Shown here piece by piece: positions 41,729 through 50,766 of a DNA stretch of 64,000 nucleotides. How positions within the stretch are numbered: the first letter of the stretch is position 1; every line of letters begins with the position of its first letter. The translations under genes and the position numbers were made by a program. Source of the DNA: Alcaligenaceae bacterium (GTDB taxonomy: Bacteria; Pseudomonadota; Gammaproteobacteria; Burkholderiales; Burkholderiaceae_B); NCBI GenBank assembly GCA_029263795.1, contig JAJUFI010000002.1:454-64453 (forward strand), read 5' to 3'. The notes beneath the pieces were generated by a model. It saw only the letters and a list, made by a program, of their open reading frames with translations. It was not told the DNA's origin and made no database searches.

Positions 41729-42862
41729 ATGCGAATAGGCGTACCCGTCGAAACGGCGGCTGGGGAAACTCGGGTGGCTGCCACACCTGAGACGGTCAAA
41801 AAATTGGTGGCGCAAGGCCACGCAGTATATGTCCAGGCTGGGGCCGGGCTGGCCGCCAGCGCAACTGACGATGCCTACGTTGCGGCTGGGGCGGAAATCG
41901 TCGATGGCGCCGCGGCGCTTGGCGCCGACCTTGTTCTGAAGGTGCAGGCTCCGAACCCCGCTGAGCTTGCATTGATGAAGCGGGGCACGGCCCTGGTGGG
42001 CATGCTGAACCCCTTCGACAAGGAAGGTTTGCAGCGGCTGGCTGACGCTGGCTTGACGGCCTTCGCCCTGGAGGCCGCCCCGCGCACCACCCGCGCCCAG
42101 AGCATGGACGTGCTCTCCAGTCAGGCAAATGTCGCCGGTTACAAAGCCGTTCTGCTTGCCGCCACCGCATATCAGCGCTTCTTCCCCATGCTCATGACCG
42201 CCGCTGGCACCATCAAGGCCGCGCGGGTGGTTGTGCTCGGCGTAGGTGTGGCGGGTCTGCAGGCCATTGCTACGGCAAAGCGGCTGGGAGCGGTGATAGA
42301 GGCTTCGGATGTGCGGCCTGCGGTCAAGGAACAGGTCGAGTCCCTTGGGGCACGCTTCATTGAAGTTCCCTACGAGACTGACGAAGAACGCGAAGCAGCT
42401 GAAGGCGTGGGCGGTTACGCCCGCCCCATGCCACAAAGCTGGCTGGATCGCCAGAAGGTGGAAGTGGCCAAGCGTGTGGCCCAGGCCGACGCGGTCATTT
42501 CCACCGCGCTCATTCCTGGACGGCCCGCACCGGAGCTCATCACCGAAGAGATGGTGAAGTCCATGAAGCCAGGGTCCGTCATTGTCGACCTGGCGGCCGG
42601 CAGGGGTGCGGGCGGGGTGGGCGGCAACTGCCCACTGACTGAGGCAGGGCAGGTCGTGCAGAAGCATGGTGTGACCCTGATCGGCTACACGAATTTGCCC
42701 GCCATGGTGGCTGCGGACAGCTCCAGCCTGTACGCCCGCAATATCCTGGATTTTCTCAAGCTCGTCTTGCCGCCCCAGGCGCAGCAGCTGCAGTTGCCCG
42801 AAGAGGACGACATTGTTGCTGCCTGCCTGGTAACGCGCGACGGCCGGCTTCTCAAGGCCTGA
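41729..42862 (+). CDS. pntAA: NAD(P) transhydrogenase subunit alpha, part 1
   Basis: Start ATG 41729 after GGAGGGA; MRIGVPVETAAGETRVAATPETV, Rossmann VLGVGVAGLQAIATAKRLGA. Confidence 0.9.
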   Translation: MRIGVPVETAAGETRVAATPETVKKLVAQGHAVYVQAGAGLAASATDDAYVAAGAEIVDGAAALGADLVLKVQAPNPAELALMKRGTALVGMLNPFDKEGLQRLADAGLTAFALEAAPRTTRAQSMDVLSSQANVAGYKAVLLAATAYQRFFPMLMTAAGTIKAARVVVLGVGVAGLQAIATAKRLGAVIEASDVRPAVKEQVESLGARFIEVPYETDEEREAAEGVGGYARPMPQSWLDRQKVEVAKRVAQADAVISTALIPGRPAPELITEEMVKSMKPGSVIVDLAAGRGAGGVGGNCPLTEAGQVVQKHGVTLIGYTNLPAMVAADSSSLYARNILDFLKLVLPPQAQQLQLPEEDDIVAACLVTRDGRLLKA

Positions 42863-42942
42863 GGGGCCACTCGGCCGGCAGCCTGCCGGGGACCGATGGC
42901 GAGCTGTATCAACGCACCACGTTCGACCAGAGAGACAGACAC

Positions 42943-43269
42943 ATGGAAGCGATTTCACCCCTCCTGATGAATTTAATCATCTTCGTGCTCGCAATCTACG
43001 TGGGCTACCACGTGGTATGGAATGTGACGCCGGCGCTGCACACACCGCTGATGGCCGTTACCAATGCGATTTCCGCCATCGTGATCGTAGGGGCCATGTT
43101 GGCGGCTGCATTGACGGAAACCCCCCTGGGCAAGGTGATGGGTGTGCTTGCCGTGGCTCTGGCGGCCGTCAACGTCTTTGGCGGTTTCCTGGTCACGCGA
43201 CGCATGCTGGAAATGTTCAAGAAAAAAGAGCGCAAGTTGCCGTCGCCGGAACAGGGAGGCTCCCGATGA
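42943..43269 (+). CDS. pntAB: NAD(P) transhydrogenase subunit alpha, part 2 (membrane)
   Basis: 108 aa, three TM helices; ATGA overlap with pntB. Confidence 0.85.
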   Translation: MEAISPLLMNLIIFVLAIYVGYHVVWNVTPALHTPLMAVTNAISAIVIVGAMLAAALTETPLGKVMGVLAVALAAVNVFGGFLVTRRMLEMFKKKERKLPSPEQGGSR

Positions 43270-44687
43270 GCATGAATCTGGTCGTCTTTCTGTATCTGGT
43301 CGCCTCGGTCTGCTTCATTCAGGCGCTCAAGGGGCTTTCGCATCCCACCACATCCATTCGGGGCAATGTGTTCGGGATGCTGGGCATGGCCATCGCCATA
43401 CTCACTACCGCCGGGCTCATCATCACGCTGGCGGAATCGCCGCTGGGGCTGGGCTGGGTGTTGCTGGGCCTGCTCGTGGGGGGCTCCATTGGAACACTCA
43501 TGGCCAAGCGGGTTGAAATGACCAAGATGCCGGAACTGGTCGCCTTCATGCACAGCATGATAGGCCTGGCAGCGGTCTTCATTGCCGTGGCCGCGGTGGC
43601 GGAGCCATGGGCCTTCCAGATAGCCGAGCCCGGGGGGCCCATTCCCGGTGGCAACCGTATAGAACTGGCCCTGGGCGCCTTCATCGGCGCAGTCACTTTC
43701 ACCGGTTCGGTCATCGCTTTCGGGAAACTCAGCGGCAAGTACAAGTTTCGCCTCTTCCAGGGTGCGCCCGTCCAGTTCAAGGGCCAACACATGCTCAATG
43801 CATTGCTGGGCCTGGCCACACTGTTCTTCATATTCGGTTTCTGGCATTCGCAAAGTTGGCTCGACATTCTGCTGATCATCGCCCTGGGGTTTGCACTCGG
43901 TGTGCTCATCATCATCCCGATCGGCGGAGCGGACATGCCAGTGGTGGTGTCCATGCTCAACAGCTATTCGGGCTGGGCTGCGGCTGGCATCGGTTTCAGT
44001 CTGAACAACTCCATGCTGATCATCGCCGGTTCGCTGGTGGGTTCTTCCGGGGCGATTCTCAGCTACATCATGTGCAAGGCCATGAACCGCTCCTTCTTCA
44101 GCGTGATTCTCGGAGGTTTCGGGGGCGAGGCGTCCTCAGCCACAGGCGGCGACGGCCAGCAACGCAATGTCAAGAGCGGCAGTGCCGAAGACGCCGCCTT
44201 CATCCTCGGCAATGCGGAGTCGGTGGTCATTGTGCCGGGTTATGGTCTTGCCGTGGCACGGGCCCAGCATGCCGTTAAGGAGCTCGCAGAAAAACTCAGC
44301 GACAAGGGCGTGAGTGTGCGTTATGCCATTCATCCTGTGGCGGGCCGCATGCCGGGGCATATGAATGTGCTGCTTGCCGAGGCAGAAGTGCCCTACGACC
44401 AGGTCTTCGAAATGGAAGACATCAACAGCGAGTTTGGGCAGGTGGATGTGGCCATTATCCTGGGGGCCAATGATGTAGTGAACCCGGCTGCGTTGCAGAA
44501 GGGTTCGCCCATCTACGGCATGCCCATTCTCGAGGCCTACAAAGCGCGTACTGTGATCGTGAACAAACGTTCGATGGCTGCGGGCTATGCAGGTCTGGAC
44601 AATGAGCTCTTCTACATGGACAAGACCATGATGGTCTTCGGAGACGCCAAGAAAGTGGTTGAGGAAATGACCAAAGCCATCGACTGA
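43266..44687 (+). CDS. pntB: NAD(P) transhydrogenase subunit beta
   Basis: Start ATG 43266 (MSMNLVVFLYLVASVCFIQALKGLSHP); C-terminal dIII motifs PGYGLAVARAQH, GANDVVNPAA. Confidence 0.9.
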   Translation: MSMNLVVFLYLVASVCFIQALKGLSHPTTSIRGNVFGMLGMAIAILTTAGLIITLAESPLGLGWVLLGLLVGGSIGTLMAKRVEMTKMPELVAFMHSMIGLAAVFIAVAAVAEPWAFQIAEPGGPIPGGNRIELALGAFIGAVTFTGSVIAFGKLSGKYKFRLFQGAPVQFKGQHMLNALLGLATLFFIFGFWHSQSWLDILLIIALGFALGVLIIIPIGGADMPVVVSMLNSYSGWAAAGIGFSLNNSMLIIAGSLVGSSGAILSYIMCKAMNRSFFSVILGGFGGEASSATGGDGQQRNVKSGSAEDAAFILGNAESVVIVPGYGLAVARAQHAVKELAEKLSDKGVSVRYAIHPVAGRMPGHMNVLLAEAEVPYDQVFEMEDINSEFGQVDVAIILGANDVVNPAALQKGSPIYGMPILEAYKARTVIVNKRSMAAGYAGLDNELFYMDKTMMVFGDAKKVVEEMTKAID

Positions 44688-44695
44688 CCCCCACC

Positions 44696-44709
44696 TTGCG
44701 CTGGCACAA
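44696..44709 (+). promoter_or_regulatory. FNR/Dnr/NnrR-type box TTGCGCTGGCACAA upstream of the NirV-like gene
   Basis: TTG-N8-CAA; centre 84 nt upstream of ATG 44787; TTCAAT at 44732-44737 is where a class II -10 would fall; same architecture as the nirK promoter. Confidence 0.6.
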
Positions 44710-44786
44710 AGTATTTTCCCCACACTGGTAGTTCAATGGAGCTGTAGCGGGTCGCAAGGTGCGACCGCCCATAACAAGGAACTGCC

Positions 44787-45629
44787 ATGCCTTCGCCCAC
44801 GATTCCTGCTGCTTTAACCCGTCATGCCGCAGCGGGCGGTGTTGCGGCTCTATTGCTGGCCGTAGGGGGCTGGCAGGCCGCAAGCGCGGCAGAGGTACCT
44901 CTAGTTACCATCGCCCCGGGTTCGATTCAGTACTACACGACGGACGAAAGCCTGGTCAACGGCATGCCGGCGCGGCCGGCACGGCTGACTGCCACCTTCC
45001 ACAAACCCATGCAGGTGATGAAACGGCTGGTGAGCCAGGCTGAATATGCGGAATGTGTTCGGGAAGAAGCCTGTCGCCCATTGAACAAGGACCACCGCGG
45101 TGAGCTGGACCCCAACCGGCCAGTGGTGGGGGTGAACTGGGATGACGCCACCGCGTTTGCGAAGTGGTACAGCGCTCGTACCGGGCGCAACTTCAGGCTG
45201 CCCACCTATGCGGAGTGGGCTCACCTGGCGGGAGAAGCCTTCAAGGAAGACCTGCGGCTGGATCTTTATCAGCTGGATGACGCCAAGAACCCCGCCCAGC
45301 GCTGGCTGGCCGAATACGCCATGGAAGCGCAGCGCAAGGCAGCGGCCGAGCCTTTCCCCCAACCCTTCGGAACCTTCGGCACCACGGCTGCCGGGGTGCA
45401 GGATATCGGCGGTAACGTCTGGGAGTGGACCAATACCTGTCAGGTGCGCCAGTATCTGGATGCGGCAGGCAAGCCCATTCTGCCTCCCACAGAGAACTGC
45501 GGGATTCGGGTGGTGGCCGGCTCACACCACAGCCTCATGACCGATTTCATGCGAGACCCCAAGGCCGGCGCCTGTTCGGTGGGCATTCCTCCGGCCAATC
45601 TGGGCATACGACTGATTCTGGATGAGTGA
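44787..45629 (+). CDS. secreted formylglycine-generating-enzyme (SUMF1/FGE) fold protein, NirV-like
   Basis: 280 aa; hydrophobic N-terminal signal; FGE-sulfatase motifs PVVGVNWDDATAFAKWYS, RLPTYAEWAHLAG, GNVWEWT; adjacent to nnrR-like/nirK. Confidence 0.75.
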   Translation: MPSPTIPAALTRHAAAGGVAALLLAVGGWQAASAAEVPLVTIAPGSIQYYTTDESLVNGMPARPARLTATFHKPMQVMKRLVSQAEYAECVREEACRPLNKDHRGELDPNRPVVGVNWDDATAFAKWYSARTGRNFRLPTYAEWAHLAGEAFKEDLRLDLYQLDDAKNPAQRWLAEYAMEAQRKAAAEPFPQPFGTFGTTAAGVQDIGGNVWEWTNTCQVRQYLDAAGKPILPPTENCGIRVVAGSHHSLMTDFMRDPKAGACSVGIPPANLGIRLILDE

Positions 45630-45630
45630 A

Positions 45631-46377
45631 TTAGGCGGGCTCCACCGGTTTCTTGCGGGCCGCAGGTTTGCTGCTGCAGGCGCCCGCACCTTCGGCCAGC
45701 CGGATCAGGTCGTCAACCTTGCGCACAGTGACGCGCTTGCGACCCGTAAGCACCATGCCCTGCTCCTTCCAGGCACTGAGCAGACGGCTGACGGTGTGTA
45801 GCGTAGTGCCGGTCATTTCAGCGATGTCCTGGCGGGTAATGGGGAAATTGATGGCGATGCCGTCGTCGGTTTTCTCGCCGGAGGAATCGATCAGGCGCAA
45901 CAGGCAGCGCGCAACGCGCTGTTCGACCTCTTCCGTTGATAATTCCTTGATGCGGGCATGGGCGTCATGCAGACGCTGGCCGACAGCCTGCAGGGCGTTG
46001 GCGGCGAATTGCAGATTGCTGGTCATGAAGCGATCCCATTCTGCGGAAGGCCAGCCCAGCACCACGCTTTCTTCCACCGCCAGACAGCTTGCCGGGTAGG
46101 CGGGGCGCTGCATGGCCTTGGCGATGCCGAACACTTCACCGGGGATCACGTAACGGACGACGACCTGCTCCCCTTCAGCGGTGGTTTGCACGACCTTGAG
46201 ATGGCCGTGCAGCAGCACGAAGAACTGGGTGGCCGGTTGGCCCTGCTGGAAGACTGGATCGCCGGCATTCAGCCGCATGGGCCGGGCAATGGAAAGAACC
46301 GTGTCCAGGTCCTTGTCGGGGACGGCGCGGAACAGATCGAGGTTCTTGACGAGAGAACGGGGGATGCTGTGGCTCAT
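45631..46377 (-). CDS. Crp/Fnr-family regulator of the Dnr/NnrR type (no Fe-S Cys cluster)
   Basis: Start ATG 46377 (MSHSIPRSL...); cNMP-like domain plus HTH ITRQDIAEMTGTTLHTVSRLLS; divergent from nirK. Confidence 0.75.
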   Translation of the reverse strand: MSHSIPRSLVKNLDLFRAVPDKDLDTVLSIARPMRLNAGDPVFQQGQPATQFFVLLHGHLKVVQTTAEGEQVVVRYVIPGEVFGIAKAMQRPAYPASCLAVEESVVLGWPSAEWDRFMTSNLQFAANALQAVGQRLHDAHARIKELSTEEVEQRVARCLLRLIDSSGEKTDDGIAINFPITRQDIAEMTGTTLHTVSRLLSAWKEQGMVLTGRKRVTVRKVDDLIRLAEGAGACSSKPAARKKPVEPA

Positions 46378-46495
46378 CGGTAGGCCCCGCAGGATCGCTA
46401 ACGGAGCCATTCTAGCACTGCGACGCCGCTCATCTCAGCACTGTGATGTGGCTGCCATCCGAATGGGGGGAACCCGTAAAAATCGTTCCCGCAAT

Positions 46496-46509
46496 TTGTT
46501 GAGCAACAA
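46496..46509 (+). promoter_or_regulatory. FNR/Dnr/NnrR-type box TTGTTGAGCAACAA upstream of nirK
   Basis: Perfect TTGTT-N4-AACAA palindrome; centre 80 nt upstream of nirK ATG; TGAAAT at 46532-46537 is exactly where a class II (-41.5) promoter would place its -10. Confidence 0.65.
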
Positions 46510-46582
46510 AGAAGGATATTCCTCGCTGAGGTGAAATGGAGCCATACGAAAACGGATGCTCAACCACAGCAAGGAGCTGAAC

Positions 46583-47668
46583 ATGAAAGCCTTCCAACCC
46601 GCCGCCATCGCCGCCGCACTTGCCGCAATTCTGGCCGCTCCGGCCTTCGCCTCTTCGCTTGATGGGCTGGAGAGGGTGAAGGTTGACCTCGTGGCCCCGC
46701 CCATGATTCACGCACACGAGCAGAAGGCTTCCGCTGAGCCCAAGATCGTTGAATTCAAGCTGACGGTCGAAGAGAAGAAGGTCGTGATCGACGACAAGGG
46801 CACCACCATGCAGGCCATGACCTTCAACGGCTCAATGCCGGGCCCGACGCTGGTCGTGCATGAGGGTGACTACGTCGAAGTAACGCTCGTGAACCCCAAG
46901 TCCAACATGATGCCGCACAACGTGGATTTCCACTCAGCCACTGGTGCACTCGGTGGGGCGGCCCTCACCAACGTGAACCCGGGTGAACAGGCAACACTCC
47001 GCTTCAAGGCTGACCGGGCTGGCGTGTTCGTGTACCACTGCGCACCGGAGGGCATGGTTCCATGGCATGTGCTGTCCGGCATGAGCGGCACGATGATGGT
47101 TCTGCCACGCGACGGGCTGAAGGATGCCGATGGCAAGCCTCTGAGCTATGACCGCGCCTACACCATCGGTGAGTTCGACCTCTACATTCCCAAGGACGAG
47201 AATGGCAACTACAAGGATTACAAGTCGCTGGCCGAAAGCTATGGTGATACTGTCCAGTCCATGCGCACACTGACCCCCACCCATGTGGTGTTCAACGGCA
47301 AAGTGGGCGCGCTGACCGGCGACGGGGCATTGAAGGCCAAGGTGGGTGAAACGGTGCTCATCGTGCACTCGCAAGCCACCCGCGATACGCGGCCACACCT
47401 CATCGGCGGCCATGGTGACTGGGTATGGGATCACGGCAAGTTCCACAACCCGCCGCTGCGCGACATGGAAACGTGGTTCATTCCGGGCGGAGCCGCAGGT
47501 GCAGCGCTTTACACTTTCAAGCAACCGGGGGTGTATGCATACGTCAACCACAACCTCATCGAAGCATTTGAACTGGGCGCTTCGGGCCATTTTGTAGTAG
47601 AAGGTGACTGGAACCATGATTACATGACTCAGGTAAAGGCTCCCCACCCAATTCCCGAAGCGAAGTAA
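46583..47668 (+). CDS. nirK: copper-containing nitrite reductase
   Basis: Start ATG 46583 after AGGAG; signal peptide; Cu-ligand motifs [35 protein letters not shown]. Confidence 0.9.
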   Translation: MKAFQPAAIAAALAAILAAPAFASSLDGLERVKVDLVAPPMIHAHEQKASAEPKIVEFKLTVEEKKVVIDDKGTTMQAMTFNGSMPGPTLVVHEGDYVEVTLVNPKSNMMPHNVDFHSATGALGGAALTNVNPGEQATLRFKADRAGVFVYHCAPEGMVPWHVLSGMSGTMMVLPRDGLKDADGKPLSYDRAYTIGEFDLYIPKDENGNYKDYKSLAESYGDTVQSMRTLTPTHVVFNGKVGALTGDGALKAKVGETVLIVHSQATRDTRPHLIGGHGDWVWDHGKFHNPPLRDMETWFIPGGAAGAALYTFKQPGVYAYVNHNLIEAFELGASGHFVVEGDWNHDYMTQVKAPHPIPEAK

Positions 47669-47712
47669 GCCGGAGCGGGCCGGCGACCATAAACAACCAA
47701 TAGGAGATCACT

Positions 47713-48033
47713 ATGTTCAAACGCTCAGGCAAATTCGCGGCACTCATTCTTGCCGCTGGGCTGGTTCCGGCTCTCGCAGTGGCCCAGGATGCAAACCCTG
47801 CCGGCGAAAAGCTGTACAAGTCCGCCTGCATTGCCTGTCACGCGGCCGGTGTGGCCGGGGCCCCCAAGGTGGGCGATAAGGCCGCCTGGGCGAAGGTGAC
47901 TGAAAAGGGCATGGATGCCGTCATGCAGATCACCATCAACGGCAAGGGCGCCATGCCTCCGCGCGGTGCCTCAACGGCTGACGACGCCACGCTGCGCGCA
48001 GCGGTGGAGTACATGATCGCCCAGTCACAATGA
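47713..48033 (+). CDS. small periplasmic c-type cytochrome (cytochrome c5-like)
   Basis: 106 aa; signal peptide; single heme motif CIACH; GKGAMPPRG distal Met region; 44 nt after nirK. Confidence 0.8.
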   Translation: MFKRSGKFAALILAAGLVPALAVAQDANPAGEKLYKSACIACHAAGVAGAPKVGDKAAWAKVTEKGMDAVMQITINGKGAMPPRGASTADDATLRAAVEYMIAQSQ

Positions 48034-48120
48034 GCGATCTATCCCTTCCCGGCCAGCAGCTGAGGTTTTCTACGGTCGGGAAAATCCTTATCTTGCAGTA
48101 GGGACCGCGTCGTTACACTG

Positions 48121-48151
48121 GGCTCCATGCCGATGGCATGGGGCCTTTTTT
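48121..48151 (+). terminator. rho-independent terminator after nirK-cytochrome c
   Basis: 11-bp stem GGCTCCATGCC/GGCATGGGGCC (one G-U pair), then TTTTTT (48146-48151). Confidence 0.75.
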
Positions 48152-48200
48152 CATGTTGTATGGGCTCCCCGATCTATCCAACGACAAGGGGCAACAAAGC

Positions 48201-49781
48201 ATGAAGTCCATCCGCAAGACCCTCGCCTTCACGGCGTTGGCTGCCACGCTGTGTTTCTCTGCCGCCGCTCAGGCACGCGATCTGGTCATCGCCCTGCGGT
48301 CCGAACCCACCTCCATGGACCCGCAGTTTCACTCCCTGACACCCAATACGCAGCTGTCGGAAACCATCTTCGACCCTCTGGTTCGCACCGACAAGGTGGC
48401 CAAGCCTGTTCCTTCGCTGGCCGAATCCTGGACGGTCGACGGCGACACCTGGACATTCAAGCTGCGCAAGGACGTCAAGTTCTCCGATGGCACACCCTTC
48501 ACTGCTGAAGACGTTGTCTTCACTTATGAACGCGTTCCCAAGGTTCCCAACAGCCCCTCGTCTTACGCACTCTACCTGAGCAGCATCGACCGTCTGGAAG
48601 TGGTCGACCCCCATACACTCAAGATCATCACGAAGGGTCCGTCTCCGGTTCTGTTGCCCAATCTTTCCATGGTGCCCATCATGTCGTCCAAGGCGGCTGC
48701 CGGTTCGGCTCCGGAAGGCAAGACAACGGTCGAGCTGAACCGTGGCGACGGTCTCATCGGCACTGGGCCGTACAAGTTCGTGTCCTGGAAGCGCGGCGCA
48801 GAAATCGTTCTGGAGCGCAATGAGAACTACTGGGGCGAACCTCCCGCCTGGGATCGCGTCATCTATCGCCCGATCACCAACCCGGCTGCGCGGGTTGCAG
48901 CACTGTTGGCGGGTGATGTCGATCTGATCGAAGATCCGCCCACCGACGACCTTCCCAAACTGAAGGAAAACAAGAACCTGCACATCCAGGAAACGCCTTC
49001 GGTACGCATCATCTACATCGCACTGATGCAGGGTGATGAAGTTCCACCCGGAATGGAAGGCACGAACGGCAAGAACCCGCTGAAAGACCGGCGGGTTCGT
49101 GAAGCCTTGTCCCTTGCCATCGATCGCCAGAACATTGTCGACCGCGTCATGGGCGGTTCCGCCATGGCTGCAGGCAACCTGCTGGCGTATCCGGGCTTCG
49201 GCGCCTCGGAAAAGCATTCCAAGGCACCCAAGGCCGATCTGGAGCGTGCCAAGAAGCTGCTTGCCGAAGCCGGCTATCCGAATGGCTTCACCATGTCGCT
49301 GGGCTCGCCGGCCGGCCGCTACACCAACGATCAACGCATTGCTCAGGTCGTCGCCGCCATGTGGGCGCGGCTCGGTGTGAAGGTCAACGTAGACACCATG
49401 GCGCCGGCTGTGTTCTTCAAGCAGCGCAATGCCTTTGCCTTTAGTGCCTATCTGGCAGGCTGGGCCGCGTCTTCGGGCGAAATGCTCAACCCCCTGAACT
49501 CGCTGGTCGTCACCAAGCAGCCCGAACTGGGCCTGGGCACGACAAACTGGAGCAAGTACTCCAACCCGGAGGCCGACAAGCTGGTGCTGGAAGCATCACG
49601 CACCATGGAGGACGACAAACGTGCTGCGCTTCTGGAAAAGGCCGCCGACATGATCATGGAAGACTACGGCATCTTGCCGCTGCAGTTTGAAATGTCAGTC
49701 TGGGCCATGAAAAAGGATATCCGCTACGAGGGGCGCGCCGACCAGATGACCCTGGCGCAAGACATGACGCCTGTGAAGTGA
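48201..49781 (+). CDS. ABC transporter substrate-binding protein, family 5 (peptide/nickel/opine type)
   Basis: Start ATG 48201 (MKSIRKTLAFTALAATLCFSAAAQA signal peptide); the longer ORF from 48138 would run through the terminator. Confidence 0.85.
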   Translation: MKSIRKTLAFTALAATLCFSAAAQARDLVIALRSEPTSMDPQFHSLTPNTQLSETIFDPLVRTDKVAKPVPSLAESWTVDGDTWTFKLRKDVKFSDGTPFTAEDVVFTYERVPKVPNSPSSYALYLSSIDRLEVVDPHTLKIITKGPSPVLLPNLSMVPIMSSKAAAGSAPEGKTTVELNRGDGLIGTGPYKFVSWKRGAEIVLERNENYWGEPPAWDRVIYRPITNPAARVAALLAGDVDLIEDPPTDDLPKLKENKNLHIQETPSVRIIYIALMQGDEVPPGMEGTNGKNPLKDRRVREALSLAIDRQNIVDRVMGGSAMAAGNLLAYPGFGASEKHSKAPKADLERAKKLLAEAGYPNGFTMSLGSPAGRYTNDQRIAQVVAAMWARLGVKVNVDTMAPAVFFKQRNAFAFSAYLAGWAASSGEMLNPLNSLVVTKQPELGLGTTNWSKYSNPEADKLVLEASRTMEDDKRAALLEKAADMIMEDYGILPLQFEMSVWAMKKDIRYEGRADQMTLAQDMTPVK

Positions 49782-49791
49782 GCACAGCAGC

Positions 49792-50766
49792 GTGATCGCA
49801 ACGATAGTCCGCCGTCTGCTGCAGACGGGGCTGGTAGTTCTGGTCATGTCGGCACTGGTGTTTGCCGGTTTGTATGTGATCGGCGACCCGGTGCTGATGA
49901 TGGCCAGCCCCGAAGCGACGGACCTTGAGCGTGAGGCAATCCGCCGCAATCTGGGCCTGGACCGCCCGCTCTGGGAGCAATACTTCATCTTCCTGTCCAA
50001 GGCGGTACAGCTGGACTTCGGCAACAGTTTTCTGACAGGCGAGTCGGCTATGCACCTCATACTGGAACGCATGCCGGCCACGCTGGAACTGGCCACACTG
50101 GCCATGTTCATCTCCATGGTGGTCGGCGTACCGCTGGGCGTCTACGCTGGGCTGCGTCCGGAGAGCCTGCTTTCGCGCGGCATCATGTCTGGTTCGGTAT
50201 TGGGCTTTTCCCTGCCCAACTTCTGGGTGGGGCTGATGCTCATCATGCTGTTTGCCGTCATGCTGGGCTGGGTACCGGCTGGTGGCCGCGGGCCGGTGGA
50301 AACCTTCGGTCCCATTCAACTGAGCATATTCAACTGGGATGGGCTGCGCAGCCTGCTTTTGCCGGCACTGACCATCGCCACGGCCAAATGTGCGCTCATC
50401 ATCCGGGTCACGCGAGCGGCCACACGCGAATGCCTGCCACAGGACTACATCAAGTTCGCGCGGGCCAAGGGCCTCAACGAACGCCGAGTGCTCGGTGTGC
50501 ATCTGCTGAAGAACATCATGATTCCAATCGTGACCATAGGGGGGCTGGAATATGGGCAGGTCTTCGCCTTTGCTGTGGTGACCGAAACGGTGTTTTCCTG
50601 GCCGGGCATGGGCAAGCTGCTGATCGATTCCATCGTCAATCTCGATCGGCCGGTCGTGGTGGCGTATCTGATGCTTACCGTAGTCTTTCTCGCCACACTG
50701 AATCTGATCGTGGACATAGGCTACACCTTGCTTGACCCGCGGGTTCGTCTGGGAGGCGCAGCATGA
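49792..50766 (+). CDS. ABC transporter permease (DppB/OppB-like)
   Basis: 324 aa, GTG start; polytopic; family motif region YIKFARAKGL. Confidence 0.85.
   Translation: MIATIVRRLLQTGLVVLVMSALVFAGLYVIGDPVLMMASPEATDLEREAIRRNLGLDRPLWEQYFIFLSKAVQLDFGNSFLTGESAMHLILERMPATLELATLAMFISMVVGVPLGVYAGLRPESLLSRGIMSGSVLGFSLPNFWVGLMLIMLFAVMLGWVPAGGRGPVETFGPIQLSIFNWDGLRSLLLPALTIATAKCALIIRVTRAATRECLPQDYIKFARAKGLNERRVLGVHLLKNIMIPIVTIGGLEYGQVFAFAVVTETVFSWPGMGKLLIDSIVNLDRPVVVAYLMLTVVFLATLNLIVDIGYTLLDPRVRLGGAA

Noticed and set aside
44728-44775. tRNA-like looking string (ggtagttcaatggagctgtagcgggtcgcaaggtgcgaccgccca) upstream of the NirV-like gene.
   Set aside because: No cloverleaf can be drawn: there is no GTTCRANNC T-loop, no acceptor stem and no anticodon arm. 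The TTCAATGGAGC part is better explained as the promoter -10 region shared with nirK. The rest is a simple imperfect hairpin in the 5' UTR.
48035-48179. 10-bp direct repeat CGATCTATCC (48035-48044 and 48170-48179) flanking the nirK-operon terminator region; considered as a target-site duplication of a small inserted element.
   Set aside because: The intervening 125 bp has no terminal inverted repeats. A rough estimate (64,000 positions x 150-nt window / 4^10) predicts several such 10-mer coincidences per window by chance.
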